From a virus (lineage: Duplodnaviria > Caudoviricetes): 61,086 nt of DNA. The stretch is from IMG/VR virus record IMGVR_UViG_3300028837_001401, positions 1 through 61,086 of that record; one strand, written 5' to 3'. The notes beneath the pieces were generated by a model. That model ran no database searches. It was not told the origin of the DNA and saw only the letters and a program-made list of their open reading frames with translations. Positions within the stretch are counted from its first letter, which is position 1, and each line of letters starts with the position of its first letter. Both the position numbers and the translations under genes were made by a program. Of the stretch, positions 29,378 through 39,304 are shown piece after piece.

Positions 29378-30937
29378 ATGAGTAAGACGCTGATAATATG
29401 TAAAGACGGTGGTTATGGGCGAGGGATGGCGGCACAGATGAGTTTACAGCCGACGGAGGCAGGGACTCTGGGTGATGTGGAGATGGTCAGGGATCTGGAG
29501 GAGGCGAGGAAATTCATCGGGGAGGAGTTGGGGGCTGTTTATGTTGAGCAGAATGATCCATTGACAGCACAGCAGGTGTCGGAAATATTCTCGTGTCCCA
29601 TAAAGAGCTATACCCTACCGATGAGAGGTGAGATAAAGGACAGCAGGTGGGGTCGGTTATCGTTCCGGGTCGCCCGGGCGATAGAGCGAGGGCACAGGTA
29701 TTGGATAGAGTATCAGTTCAAGATATTCCTGACGTTTCCGCTCCATTGTCTGATAGCGGTTTTTTTGTTTCTACTCAATAAGCTAATGCCCATCAGGGTG
29801 GTGGATTTTCTTTCCTACAGAGTGGGGCATCAAGCGTATAACACGCACATCCATTTCCTGAAGATGCAGCAGGAGGAGAAAAAGCCTCACGTTATTGCCC
29901 TCACCCCACAGCCGGCGAATACGGGTCTCCACAAACTCCAGAAGCGGCATTGGATGTGTGCGATCAAGAGCCCGAAGTTGCGGCCATTGTTTGAGAACGC
30001 TGTTATCCGCCGACGTGGGTTCTGGGAGTCAGTGCATTTCTATCGTGATATTGATGAGCCGATCAACAAATACGATGAGGATGCTGTGTTTCTGGAGTTC
30101 ACAGCGAAAGAGCACAAGAGGGGTCAGGAGATATTAGCCAGTATGGGGATCACTCCTGGCAGGTGGTTTATATGTTTGCATCAGAGAGATCCTGCCTATC
30201 TGGAGAAGGTGGCTCCGAGCGTGGACTGGAAATACCACGATTACCGCGATTGTAGTATTCTGAACTACATCCCCGCTGCCGAGTGGGTTGTGAGCAATGG
30301 TGGTCTCGTGGTGAGGATGGGTGCGGAGGTGAGGGAGAAACTGGTGGTGCGGGATCAGGATGTCGAGTCACCCCTACCAATAGAGTCAGGGATCATTGAC
30401 TATCCTGTGCAGATACGCCCGAAGTTGGGAAAAGATGGAGCTTTTGCCGACATCTATCTTGCCGCTCATTGCTCATTCTTTCTGGGGTGTTCCAGTGGCA
30501 TCTCACAGGTGGCGTCACTGTTCGACGTTCCCAGAGCCGATGCGAACTATCCTATGCAGGAGTATATAACGAATCTGTCACACAGGGACATCTATATTCC
30601 CAAGCGGATACTGAACAAAAACACAGGAAAATACTTGTCATTATACGAGGTGCTCGCCAGTGGCATCGGTAGGTTTGACAGGACGGAGAAGTTCGAGCAA
30701 CATGCGCTGGAGATACACGAGAACACAGCGGAGGAGATCCTGTTACTGTGCAAAGAGATGCTCCTCAAACTCACAGGCAACTGGAAGCATGAGCCTGGTG
30801 ATGGGGAGTTACTAGGTCGCTATTTTTCAATGGTGAATGACAAGCGGTTCAGGAGTGCTGGTGTCAAGGCAGAGATAGCGACATCGTTCCTGAGACTGCA
30901 TCCTGAGTATGTTGCAGAGAGAGGGGAGGGGGAATAA
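29378..30937 (+). CDS. TIGR04372-like putative glycosyltransferase (2 of 2)
   Basis: RVGHQAYN, FICLHQRDPAYL, HDYRDCSI, DIYL..HCSFFLGCSSG, ENTAEEI; paralog of 15525. Confidence 0.8.
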   Translation: MSKTLIICKDGGYGRGMAAQMSLQPTEAGTLGDVEMVRDLEEARKFIGEELGAVYVEQNDPLTAQQVSEIFSCPIKSYTLPMRGEIKDSRWGRLSFRVARAIERGHRYWIEYQFKIFLTFPLHCLIAVFLFLLNKLMPIRVVDFLSYRVGHQAYNTHIHFLKMQQEEKKPHVIALTPQPANTGLHKLQKRHWMCAIKSPKLRPLFENAVIRRRGFWESVHFYRDIDEPINKYDEDAVFLEFTAKEHKRGQEILASMGITPGRWFICLHQRDPAYLEKVAPSVDWKYHDYRDCSILNYIPAAEWVVSNGGLVVRMGAEVREKLVVRDQDVESPLPIESGIIDYPVQIRPKLGKDGAFADIYLAAHCSFFLGCSSGISQVASLFDVPRADANYPMQEYITNLSHRDIYIPKRILNKNTGKYLSLYEVLASGIGRFDRTEKFEQHALEIHENTAEEILLLCKEMLLKLTGNWKHEPGDGELLGRYFSMVNDKRFRSAGVKAEIATSFLRLHPEYVAERGEGE

Positions 30938-31210
30938 ATGTCAGACGTTATTGATGAGGTGCTGGATGAAACCGAGAGGCGTATCAACAAAGAGATCGGC
31001 AAGTGCGAGCGGATAGAAGCGGAATGCTGTAAACCCTTCCCTCCTCATGATGATTTTGCTGTATATGCCCGGTATGTTCTGGACAGGCAAAAGGGTGGCA
31101 AATATGGTTCAGGGGTAATGTCTGAGGCAATGGACAGGAAATTCAAGCTTCAGGAGCAACTGAGGGGTCTGGCGCATTTGCGGTCGGAGCTTGATCGGTG
31201 CAGGAGATGA
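30938..31210 (+). CDS. hypothetical protein
   Basis: RBS, packed ORF. Confidence 0.55.
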   Translation: MSDVIDEVLDETERRINKEIGKCERIEAECCKPFPPHDDFAVYARYVLDRQKGGKYGSGVMSEAMDRKFKLQEQLRGLAHLRSELDRCRR

Positions 31211-31582
31211 AAGTGGTGACGGAGTACCTCACGGACGTTATCAGGCAGAAGATGAGCAGGGAGCGGGGGTGAGGTTTTATGCCGTGGGGGTGCAAAAACG
31301 GTGGATAAGGAGCCGACTCATGCCATGTGTGACTCGAAAACGGGAAATAAATGGCATGGGAGCGGCACGAAAAAAGGAGGTGAAGTATAGAGCGGGTTCG
31401 GGGAGGCGATTGGTCTGCATAGGAGGCATTATAGGGCGTTAACGTATGTGTAGTATAAGGAGGTTGAGGAAAAGGGATGAAGGACTGGCTCAAGGAATAT
31501 TGGGCGGTGATAGCAATTCCTATTGTTTTCGTTATCCTAACACTTATCAAAGGGTACTTCCAGTACCGATAGGAGGAGATAC

Positions 31583-32284
31583 ATGGTAGCAGGAATAGAC
31601 GGAGCGAACACGAAAAAGGCGATGGAGACGATGGAATTCAAGAAAGCTGTTTTCCATCGTGGGCTCAATTACACTGTCAGGAAGGGAGACAAGTGGGCGT
31701 GCAGGTTACTTCCTGGCGATACAATACACTTGAAGGAGACTGATGGTGAGGTGAAGGGCACTGCGGTGATTGCGAGTGTGGTGGTGAAGCACATGGGCAA
31801 CCTCCCTGATCTGGTGTATAGATATGAGCATGACACTGACTGTAAGGGATGGACGGCTCTCTGCGATGCGATGATCGAAGCGTACCCTGAACTGGGTGAC
31901 AAAGTGAGTTTGTACCAGGAGCTGGTGACGGTGGTGGGTTTCGTACCGATGATCGACCGACCGGCTGAGAGGGAGAAAGTGTATGAACTGATCGACGGTG
32001 AGATCGAGTTCTGCGAGAAGTGGGAGAGAGGCCATCCGACGTGTAAGCTGCCCAATAAGGACAGACCTATGGAGGTCTGGCTAGCGTGGGCACAGGCGAA
32101 CTTGACGGACGCATTTGAGCAAGCGTGTGGATCATCTGACAAGAGACTGGCGCTTGATGCCGTTCGGGTAATGGCGGGAATACTGGTGCAGTGCATGACA
32201 TATAATGAGACTCCTCCACGGAGAAAGCGAGTGGATAGACCCCATAGAGAGTGGGTTATCCGTGAATTCAACTGGATGAGTTGA
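31583..32284 (+). CDS. ASCH/PUA-like domain fused to an all-alpha (MazG-like) domain
   Basis: GLNYTVRKGDKW...GDTI.L; second half resembles ORF 38918. Confidence 0.45.
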   Translation: MVAGIDGANTKKAMETMEFKKAVFHRGLNYTVRKGDKWACRLLPGDTIHLKETDGEVKGTAVIASVVVKHMGNLPDLVYRYEHDTDCKGWTALCDAMIEAYPELGDKVSLYQELVTVVGFVPMIDRPAEREKVYELIDGEIEFCEKWERGHPTCKLPNKDRPMEVWLAWAQANLTDAFEQACGSSDKRLALDAVRVMAGILVQCMTYNETPPRRKRVDRPHREWVIREFNWMS

Positions 32285-32285
32285 G

Positions 32286-32966
32286 GTGGAGTCGATGGTT
32301 TATCGTGTTCGAGTAGAGGGAATGGCTGGGAGTCGGGTGACGGTGTATGTCGGTATACCTGACGATTCTCCAGACATAGAGTCGGCTTGCAGAGAAGCTG
32401 TCCGGGAAAGGAATGAACGGTTACGGAAGCGGGGATTTTACCACGAGTGGGTGTTCGTGAAGATTATCAGACGTGACAGAGCAAAGGGTATTGATGGCTA
32501 TGGGAAGTATTATGACTTCACAGGACACGAAGAAAAGCACAGGTGCTTCTGGTGTGGGGAGGAGATCAAGCGGGGTCGATATTGTTGCGAGGAGCACAAG
32601 AGACAGTATAATGAGCACTTTCATTGGGTGGATGCCCGCTTTGCTTGCATCAGAAGGAGCACGGTTGGGGAAGTGGGATGGCAGCGGAGGGTCAGGTGCC
32701 AAGACTGTGGAGACGTCGAGATCTTCTGCACTGAGATACACCACGTGCACCACATCACGCCGATGGATGGTGAGCAGAGAGGATGGCACTGGCTGAACCG
32801 ACCGGAGAACCTCGTGTTACTATGTTCCGTGTGTCATAAGATCAGGCATGTAGAGCTGAACTATCTTATGAAGAAAGCAAGGACTCTGGAGACGGAGATA
32901 AAGAAGGAAAGGGAGCAAACGGTGAACAAACAGCAATTGAGTTTATTTCGAGAGGGTGTGATATGA
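32286..32966 (+). CDS. HNH endonuclease domain protein
   Basis: CQDCG...HVHHITP...NRPENLVLLCSVCHKIRH. Confidence 0.8.
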   Translation: MESMVYRVRVEGMAGSRVTVYVGIPDDSPDIESACREAVRERNERLRKRGFYHEWVFVKIIRRDRAKGIDGYGKYYDFTGHEEKHRCFWCGEEIKRGRYCCEEHKRQYNEHFHWVDARFACIRRSTVGEVGWQRRVRCQDCGDVEIFCTEIHHVHHITPMDGEQRGWHWLNRPENLVLLCSVCHKIRHVELNYLMKKARTLETEIKKEREQTVNKQQLSLFREGVI

Positions 32967-33221
32967 GCTTAAAGAAGGCGAGGGAAATAATACAAGATGG
33001 TGGATATTTCTATGATCAGTTTGACGAGAAGGTAAAGGCTCACATAGAGTCGCTCAGGGGGAAGCAATACAAAGATCCAAAGAAGGTGGGGAAGCGGACG
33101 GCGCGGCTGAAGGAGCTGGAGGAACTGAGAAGGGAGAGTCAGAAGCGAAAAAAGTAACATAAGTATGATTGTGACATCGTTGTCGATGTAAGTCTCTGAG
33201 AGACGAGTCTCGTGGTTGATC

Positions 33222-33260
33222 GGGGCTATTGGTGCTAAGGCACTGGTAGCCCCTTTTTTT
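33222..33260 (+). terminator. rho-independent terminator
   Basis: GGGGCTATTGGTGC-TAAG-GCACTGGTAGCCCC then T7. Confidence 0.85.
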
Positions 33261-33285
33261 ATTTTGATAAAAGGGTGGTGGTGGA

Positions 33286-33669
33286 ATGACAGAAGCTGAA
33301 GCCGAAAGGATCACAAACTGGAATGCTGGACATCTGGACTCCCGTGAGGTTATCGAGTCAATGCCGTGGTATCGACTGGAGACAGAGTTCCGGGACGGGA
33401 AGTTCAACAGTGGATTCTGCCGCATGGTGGGTCGGAAGTGGTTCGATGGGGGGTATGTGGTTACTGAGTGGGAGCATCTGGACATGGTGATGGATTTCGA
33501 GTGGGCGATGGAGGCTCTTTCGGATAGCGATAAAAGGCTGCTGCTGTTGTACTTTGCGGGATATACTCAGGAGTATATCGGCGGGCTATTCGGAGGTATG
33601 TCACAGCGTATGGTCTCGTATAATTTGAGGCGGATCAGGGAGCTACTGAGGAAAAAAATGACAACGTAA
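33286..33669 (+). CDS. sigma-70 region-4-like HTH protein
   Basis: AMEALSDSDKRLLLLYFAGYTQEYIG...MSQRMVSYNLRRIRELL. Confidence 0.75.
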   Translation: MTEAEAERITNWNAGHLDSREVIESMPWYRLETEFRDGKFNSGFCRMVGRKWFDGGYVVTEWEHLDMVMDFEWAMEALSDSDKRLLLLYFAGYTQEYIGGLFGGMSQRMVSYNLRRIRELLRKKMTT

Positions 33670-34088
33670 TGTATAATTTGGGTCAAAAAAAACGGTATAA
33701 GTATATGAGGAGATTTTTTTCTATGGAAGCGCAAACACAAATGAAAGAGTCGGTACGAGCTATGATGGAGGCACACGATGACTATGAAGCTCCGTTAAAG
33801 GAATTCGAGGGTGTTATCAAACAGATCGCAAGAAAGACGGTACCTAATGATCCGGAGGATTTGGAGCAGGAATTGAGGATCGTTCTGTGGCAATTGCCTC
33901 CCGATCAGACACGAGGCTGGTATATTGAGCGGCTAAAGAGCCGTGCGGTTGACTACGTGAGAAAAAAGGGTGCCCTCTGGGGAGAGGATGACAGGGAACT
34001 GAACGTATCGTTCGATGTCCTGGAGGACATGGGATTCCAGTTTGATACGAACAGGAAAGTGTATGCTCCTGTAAAGGAAATGGGATGA
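33669..34088 (+). CDS. sigma-70/ECF region-2-like protein (start may be ATG 33723)
   Basis: FEGVIKQIARK...PEDLEQELRIVLW...WY...KSRAVDYVRK. Confidence 0.7.
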   Translation: MYNLGQKKRYKYMRRFFSMEAQTQMKESVRAMMEAHDDYEAPLKEFEGVIKQIARKTVPNDPEDLEQELRIVLWQLPPDQTRGWYIERLKSRAVDYVRKKGALWGEDDRELNVSFDVLEDMGFQFDTNRKVYAPVKEMG

Positions 34089-34241
34089 TTTGACTCGGAT
34101 CAGCGAGGTGGTTTGTTGGCTGATGCAGATATGGGTGGAAGGTGGGACGATCCGAGTTTGAGTAGTAGAGATATGGTTTTGGTGCAGGGTCTTTTCTGCC
34201 TTAAAAATGTCCTGCTTTGTGTTTTCCCCAAGACCCCGAAC

Positions 34242-34283
34242 GGCGAGGTGAGTGGTTAAGAATCGCTCATCTCGTCTTTTTTT
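34242..34283 (+). terminator. rho-independent terminator
   Basis: GGCGAGGTGAGTGGTT-AAG-AATCGCTCATCTCGTC then T7. Confidence 0.8.
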
Positions 34284-34300
34284 ATCTCTGGAGACCGGGA

Positions 34301-34822
34301 GTGAGTAAGAAAAAACCGCATGTGTCATACAATTCAGGAAACACCGAGTGGTATACCCCGCCTGAGATCATCGAAGCGGCGAGGAGGGTTCTGGGTGAGA
34401 TCGATCTAGATCCTGCCTCCTCAGAAGCTGCCAATGTGGTGGTGAAGGCGAAGCGGATCTATACCCAGGAGGATAGCGGCTTACTTCATCCCTGGACAGG
34501 GAGGGTCTGGCTTAACCCCCCATACTCAGCAGGACTGGTGAGAGAGTTCGTGGGGAAACTGGGGCGGGAATACGACAGCGGCAATGTGCGAGCGGCGATT
34601 GTCCTGGTGAACAACGCCACTGAAACGCAGTGGTTCCGGATGCTGGTAGAGATAGCGTCGGCGATCTGTTTTCCGACGGGTAGAATAAAATACTGGCGGA
34701 TGGAGGGGAGTATGCTCACGCCACTACAGGGGCAGGCTCTTCTGTATATTGGTGACGATGTTGAGAAGTTCAGGAAAGTATTCGGGGGGTTTGGATGGGT
34801 AACGAAGATAGATGGGCGATAG
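34301..34822 (+). CDS. phage DNA N6-adenine methyltransferase (Dam-type phage family)
   Basis: EWYTPP, IDLDPAS, VWLNPPYS, NNATETQWF; GTG start after the terminator. Confidence 0.88.
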   Translation: MSKKKPHVSYNSGNTEWYTPPEIIEAARRVLGEIDLDPASSEAANVVVKAKRIYTQEDSGLLHPWTGRVWLNPPYSAGLVREFVGKLGREYDSGNVRAAIVLVNNATETQWFRMLVEIASAICFPTGRIKYWRMEGSMLTPLQGQALLYIGDDVEKFRKVFGGFGWVTKIDGR

Positions 34823-34840
34823 ATTTTCTGAGGATGTGAA

Positions 34841-36127
34841 ATGAATAATTCCCTGACAATTGATAAAGAGTTTAGCCAACTGATACCTCCCTTGCGTGCG
34901 GAAGAGTATCAGGATTTAGAGGCAAGCATCCTGGAAGAAGGGTGTAGAGATGCGCTGGTTGTCTGGCCTACGACTGCTTATACAAATTGCAAGAATTGTC
35001 ATGATTCTGCAAGCATATTAGAACCCGCTATAGTTGACGGAGATTGGTATTGTGTATGCAATTTGTGCGGTCACGGACATTTCGCAGACGGAACATTGAT
35101 TGATGGCCATAATAGGTACAAGATATGCCAGAAGCATAGTATAGAGTTCGAGACAACCATTAAGGAATTTGCGGATAGAGAAGAAGCAAAGATCTGGATC
35201 CTGAACAACCAATTAGCAAGGCGGAATCTGACTGTTTATCAGCGGGGCGAATTGAGTCTCCGAAAGGCCGATATACTGAGGCTTAGGGCTAAGGAAAACC
35301 AACTATCTGGATTAAAACAATATCAAGAAGATACCGTTTGTATGAATTCATACAAACGGGAGAAGGCTGTTCCTGTGGATATTAAATCGGACTTGGGAAA
35401 AGAACTAGGAATAGGTTCTGAAACCATGAGCCGTATAATTAAAATTGATAAAGTTGCTCCCAATGAAACCAAAGAAAAGCTCCGATCGGGTGAGGTATCT
35501 ATTAATAGGGTTTATACAGACATCAAGCGAAAAGAGAAAGAGCAGGAGCGGCAAGAGCGCAGGCAGCAGAATCTTGAAATGGTAAAGAAGTCGCCTGATA
35601 TTGAGTCTCTAACAGGGAAATTCTCAACCATCATGATTGATCCACCCTGGGATTGGGGCGATGAGGGCGATGTTGACCAGTTTGGTAGAGCAAAACCGAC
35701 ATATCAAACTATGTCTATGACAGAGTTGCTTGAGTTACCTGCTGGGAATTTTGCAGATGTTGACTGTCACCTATATCTCTGGATAACTAACAGGTCGTTG
35801 CCAAAAGGCTTCCAGCTTATAGAGCGATGGGGATTCAGATATATTACCTGCCTTACGTGGTGTAAGCCTTCGATTGGCATGGGCAATTACTTCCGGGGGT
35901 CATCTGAGCATATCCTTTTCGCCGTTAAGGGATCTCAGGGGTTGAAAAGGCATGATATGGGAACATGGTTTCAAGCTCCGCGTGGCAAAGATGGGCATAG
36001 CAGCAAGCCCCAGGAGATATATGACATCATAGAATCATGCAGCCCAGGCCCTTATCTTGAGGTTTTTGCGCGGGCTGAAAGAGAAGGCTGGTTTTCGTGG
36101 GGAGCAGAAGTTGGCAATACAATATGA
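34841..36127 (+). CDS. ParB-like domain fused to MT-A70-family methyltransferase
   Basis: LIDGHNRY, NQLARRNL; IDPPW, HLYLWITN, WGFRY, HSSKP, LEVFAR. Confidence 0.9.
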   Translation: MNNSLTIDKEFSQLIPPLRAEEYQDLEASILEEGCRDALVVWPTTAYTNCKNCHDSASILEPAIVDGDWYCVCNLCGHGHFADGTLIDGHNRYKICQKHSIEFETTIKEFADREEAKIWILNNQLARRNLTVYQRGELSLRKADILRLRAKENQLSGLKQYQEDTVCMNSYKREKAVPVDIKSDLGKELGIGSETMSRIIKIDKVAPNETKEKLRSGEVSINRVYTDIKRKEKEQERQERRQQNLEMVKKSPDIESLTGKFSTIMIDPPWDWGDEGDVDQFGRAKPTYQTMSMTELLELPAGNFADVDCHLYLWITNRSLPKGFQLIERWGFRYITCLTWCKPSIGMGNYFRGSSEHILFAVKGSQGLKRHDMGTWFQAPRGKDGHSSKPQEIYDIIESCSPGPYLEVFARAEREGWFSWGAEVGNTI

Positions 36128-36641
36128 TTTTTCAGAACGCCTTCAATTCAGCGAGGGGATAAGTAATAAAAAGGACATCAAAGAGATATTGCTGACGAAC
36201 ATTTCGGGAGCAGTTTCTATATCTAAAGCCAGCTTGGTTGATGACAGGAACGGGACTGACTATTATGTCACTATTGAATCGGGTAAAAAATTAAGCATTG
36301 ATGTGAAGGTTAGAGAGAAAGACTTCTCCCAGATTAAAGCAATATGGGATGACCTGGCGCTGGAAACATGGTCAGTTGTCGAAGACAAGGTAGTAGGCTG
36401 GACAAGGAACAGTAATAAACAAACGGATTATGTTCTCTGGTTTTGGCAGGATACGGGAAGATGGTGTTTAGTGCCGTTTTTGATGCTCTGCACAGTATAT
36501 AAAGAATATTGGAAAATATGGAAAAAAAGGTACAAAACGGAATTGCAGAAAACAACTTTGCATGGTCGAATGTATCATAGCGAATGCACTTTTGTCCCTC
36601 GTCATTTGGTGTGGAAGAAAATATACGAGAGATATAGTTAG
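36111..36641 (+). CDS. putative PD-(D/E)XK restriction-endonuclease-like protein
   Basis: DDRNGTDY...SIDVKVR...DLALET; TTG start overlapping the MT-A70 stop. Confidence 0.5.
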   Translation: MAIQYDFSERLQFSEGISNKKDIKEILLTNISGAVSISKASLVDDRNGTDYYVTIESGKKLSIDVKVREKDFSQIKAIWDDLALETWSVVEDKVVGWTRNSNKQTDYVLWFWQDTGRWCLVPFLMLCTVYKEYWKIWKKRYKTELQKTTLHGRMYHSECTFVPRHLVWKKIYERYS

Positions 36642-36655
36642 GGCTGCATAGGACG

Positions 36656-37138
36656 ATGGCTAAATTCAATTCAAGACAGGAAAAATTCATACAGAACTAC
36701 CTCAAAGGCATGACTGAGACCGATGCATATATGGCTGCCGGGTATAAATGCAAAAACGCTTTTGTAGCCAGAAATGCTGCATCCAGATTGTTGGCAAATG
36801 TTGGCATCTCCGAAGAAATAGAGAAACGCAAAAAGCAGCGCAGAGAGAGTTTTGAAAGGAAGCTGGATGATATAGCGAAGGAGGCTCTTGAAAAGCTCCC
36901 GAAGCTGGTAAATTCAGGCACGAGGGATGATTCGGTAAAGATACAAGCTATTAACACAGCCTTGAAATATGCCGGCTTAGAGCCGCCGAAGAAAACAGAA
37001 CATAGTGGGAAGATAGAGACAGAGCAGAAGATGAAGTGGGTAATCGGTTCGGACGAGGAATATGATGATCTTGTTAGACGACTTGCAAGAGACAATGGAA
37101 AAGGAGAGGAAGCGGGCGCAGAGGCAGGCGCTTCTTGA
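36656..37138 (+). CDS. terS: terminase small subunit
   Basis: RQEKFIQNYL...TDAYMAAGY...AASRLL; directly upstream of TerL. Confidence 0.88.
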   Translation: MAKFNSRQEKFIQNYLKGMTETDAYMAAGYKCKNAFVARNAASRLLANVGISEEIEKRKKQRRESFERKLDDIAKEALEKLPKLVNSGTRDDSVKIQAINTALKYAGLEPPKKTEHSGKIETEQKMKWVIGSDEEYDDLVRRLARDNGKGEEAGAEAGAS

Positions 37139-38482
37139 GCAACGCGAGCCTACCGAGAGCACATTAGTTTTCTGGATAAAGAGTGTTTTAGGCATTTGGA
37201 TACCTGTTTTCCCCGTATGTTCCGAGCACTGTTCGCCTTATGAATATTTTCACGATAGGTACTTTGACAAATATAACAAAACGATAGCGTGGGCAGCGAG
37301 ATCAGGCGGAAAATCCTACATGACCGGGCTTGAGTGCTGGCTAAAGGCACGATTCAGACCGAAGTGGGAAGCGATGATAACTGGCGGATCGAAGCAGCAG
37401 AGCCGGATGTCGTATAAAGCCACAAGTGATTTTTGGGATATAACAGACGATATAGATGGCAGAAGCGTTCTGGTAAAAGAGCCGTTAATGGACAGGACGC
37501 TATTCAAAAACGGCTCTTCCTATAGCATATCCGCCGCAGGGGAAAAGTCAGTAAGGGGCGAGCACCCGAATCAGAATTTTCTCGATGAAATAGATGAGAT
37601 GGAATTCGTGGTCTATGACGCTGTGGTAAAACAGCCACAATCAAAGCACGGCCACAGGGCAAACTGGGCTTTAACATCCACCATGCACAAAGCTGGCGGC
37701 ATCATGGAGAATACAATTGATAACGCCGCCGTGCAGGGCTATCAAGTATATACATGGTGCATCCTGGAGGTAATGGAAGGATGTTATGATTACTCGTGTT
37801 CCAGATGCCCGTTGTCGGAATGGTGTCAAGGTCAGATGAAAGAAGCCATGAAGCGGGCAGAGAAATTTGAGCGTGGCAACAGTAAAGAAAAGATAAAAAA
37901 GGGCCAGCCCGCAAAAATGGGCTTTAACCCCGTTCAGGACGTTATTGACAAGGTGCAACTGGGTGAGATGGAGGATGAGTCGGGTGAGATTGAGCCGATA
38001 GATATTGAGGCGGACTTATTCTGCCGCCGTCCGAGCAGATCGGGTCGTGTGTATCCTGACTTTGACGAGTTGACTCATGTGGTGGAGAATTTCGAGATAC
38101 CACCAACATGGAGACGGTATAGGGCCATCGATTTTGGATATGAGAATCCTTATGCCGTTCTATACATAGCCGTCGATCCGAGTGATCGGATATTCATATA
38201 CAGGGAGTTATACGAGCGGCACAAGACGAATCCACAGATGGCTGCTCTCATGACTGACGGGTTCGATCAGAGCAATTTCGAGTGGAGTATTGCCGACCGA
38301 GCGAATCCGAGTGACATCAGGGAGCTGAACGACTACGGGATCGCTACAGGAGCGGCGGAGTCATCTCTGAAAGACCGGAAACGCCTGAGAAGAAACACGA
38401 TCATGCCTGTGATGCCTTCCGATACTGGATAGTAGCATGGCGACGTGGAGGAGTGAGAATCTCGAAAGGAAAGTATAGGTGA
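37062..38482 (+). CDS. terL: terminase large subunit; main frame ends at 38432 but the true C-terminus is in the -1 frame (about 38360-38482)
   Basis: AARSGGKS Walker A, FLDEID Walker B, AIDFGYENP; -1 frame reads ...PEKKHDHACDAFRYW...KYR*. Confidence 0.85.
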
Positions 38483-38907
38483 AATACCCTGTGGAAATGA
38501 GCACATACGGCGACCCGAAGGATTACGACTGGGGGAGTATGAAACGGACGCCAGATATGGTCAAGAGGAAAGTTCAATCTGTCCTGATGCTTGCGACGAG
38601 ACAAGACCCACCGCATTTGATAGACATGGCTGTCTTGAATGATCAAATGGTGGAGATATGGTTCACTATTGAGCCGTATGCGGAGGATAATGCCGATGTG
38701 GTTGCTGAGAAGGGCATACAGGGGTGGGACATCAAGTTCAAACTGTTCAGGACTTTTCCGTGGACTAGGATCTCAGACGCTAAGGTAAACTCGGTGAATT
38801 ATAACCGTGTGACGCATGATGTGTGGAAATGGCGGATGCACAAGACGAATCTGGAGAGTATGGAGGAAATGTATACCCGTCAGAGTAAGGGTATATACTG
38901 GCGATAG
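38479..38907 (+). CDS. hypothetical protein
   Basis: GTGA overlap with the stop of the terminase -1 frame. Confidence 0.6.
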   Translation: MKYPVEMSTYGDPKDYDWGSMKRTPDMVKRKVQSVLMLATRQDPPHLIDMAVLNDQMVEIWFTIEPYAEDNADVVAEKGIQGWDIKFKLFRTFPWTRISDAKVNSVNYNRVTHDVWKWRMHKTNLESMEEMYTRQSKGIYWR

Positions 38908-38917
38908 GAGATGAATT

Positions 38918-39223
38918 ATGGATCTATCTATTCTGGAGGAAATTAGGAGAGAACGAATACGGCAGAAAGACATGTGGTCTGGTGAGTTCGACCGGGAGAA
39001 CACGATCAACGACTGGTTGACATATATGGTGGTGTACCTTGCCAGGGGAGCACAGTGGCATCCTGACTGTCCCGACTTTGATGAGGCAAAGGAGAAGTTC
39101 AGGGAGAACTTGGTGAAAGTTGCCACTCTTGCGGTTGCTGCCATAGAGTGTCTGGATAAAGACGAGACAGCCCCACGGCATTATGATGAGGGTTTCCTGG
39201 AGGTCTCTGTGGAGCTGGAGTGA
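38918..39223 (+). CDS. MazG-like all-alpha NTP pyrophosphohydrolase-fold protein
   Basis: EIRRERIRQ..W...ENLVKVATLAVAAIE. Confidence 0.55.
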   Translation: MDLSILEEIRRERIRQKDMWSGEFDRENTINDWLTYMVVYLARGAQWHPDCPDFDEAKEKFRENLVKVATLAVAAIECLDKDETAPRHYDEGFLEVSVELE

Positions 39224-39228
39224 TATGA

Positions 39229-39304
39229 GCCGGTGTGGCTCAACTGGCAGAGTAGCTGATTTGTAATCAGACTGTTGGAGGTTCGATTCCTCCCACCGGC
39301 TCCA
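39229..39304 (+). tRNA. tRNA-Thr(UGU)
   Basis: GCCGGTG/CACCGGC acceptor stem, anticodon loop TTTGTAA, GGTTCGATTCC, encoded CCA. Confidence 0.93.
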
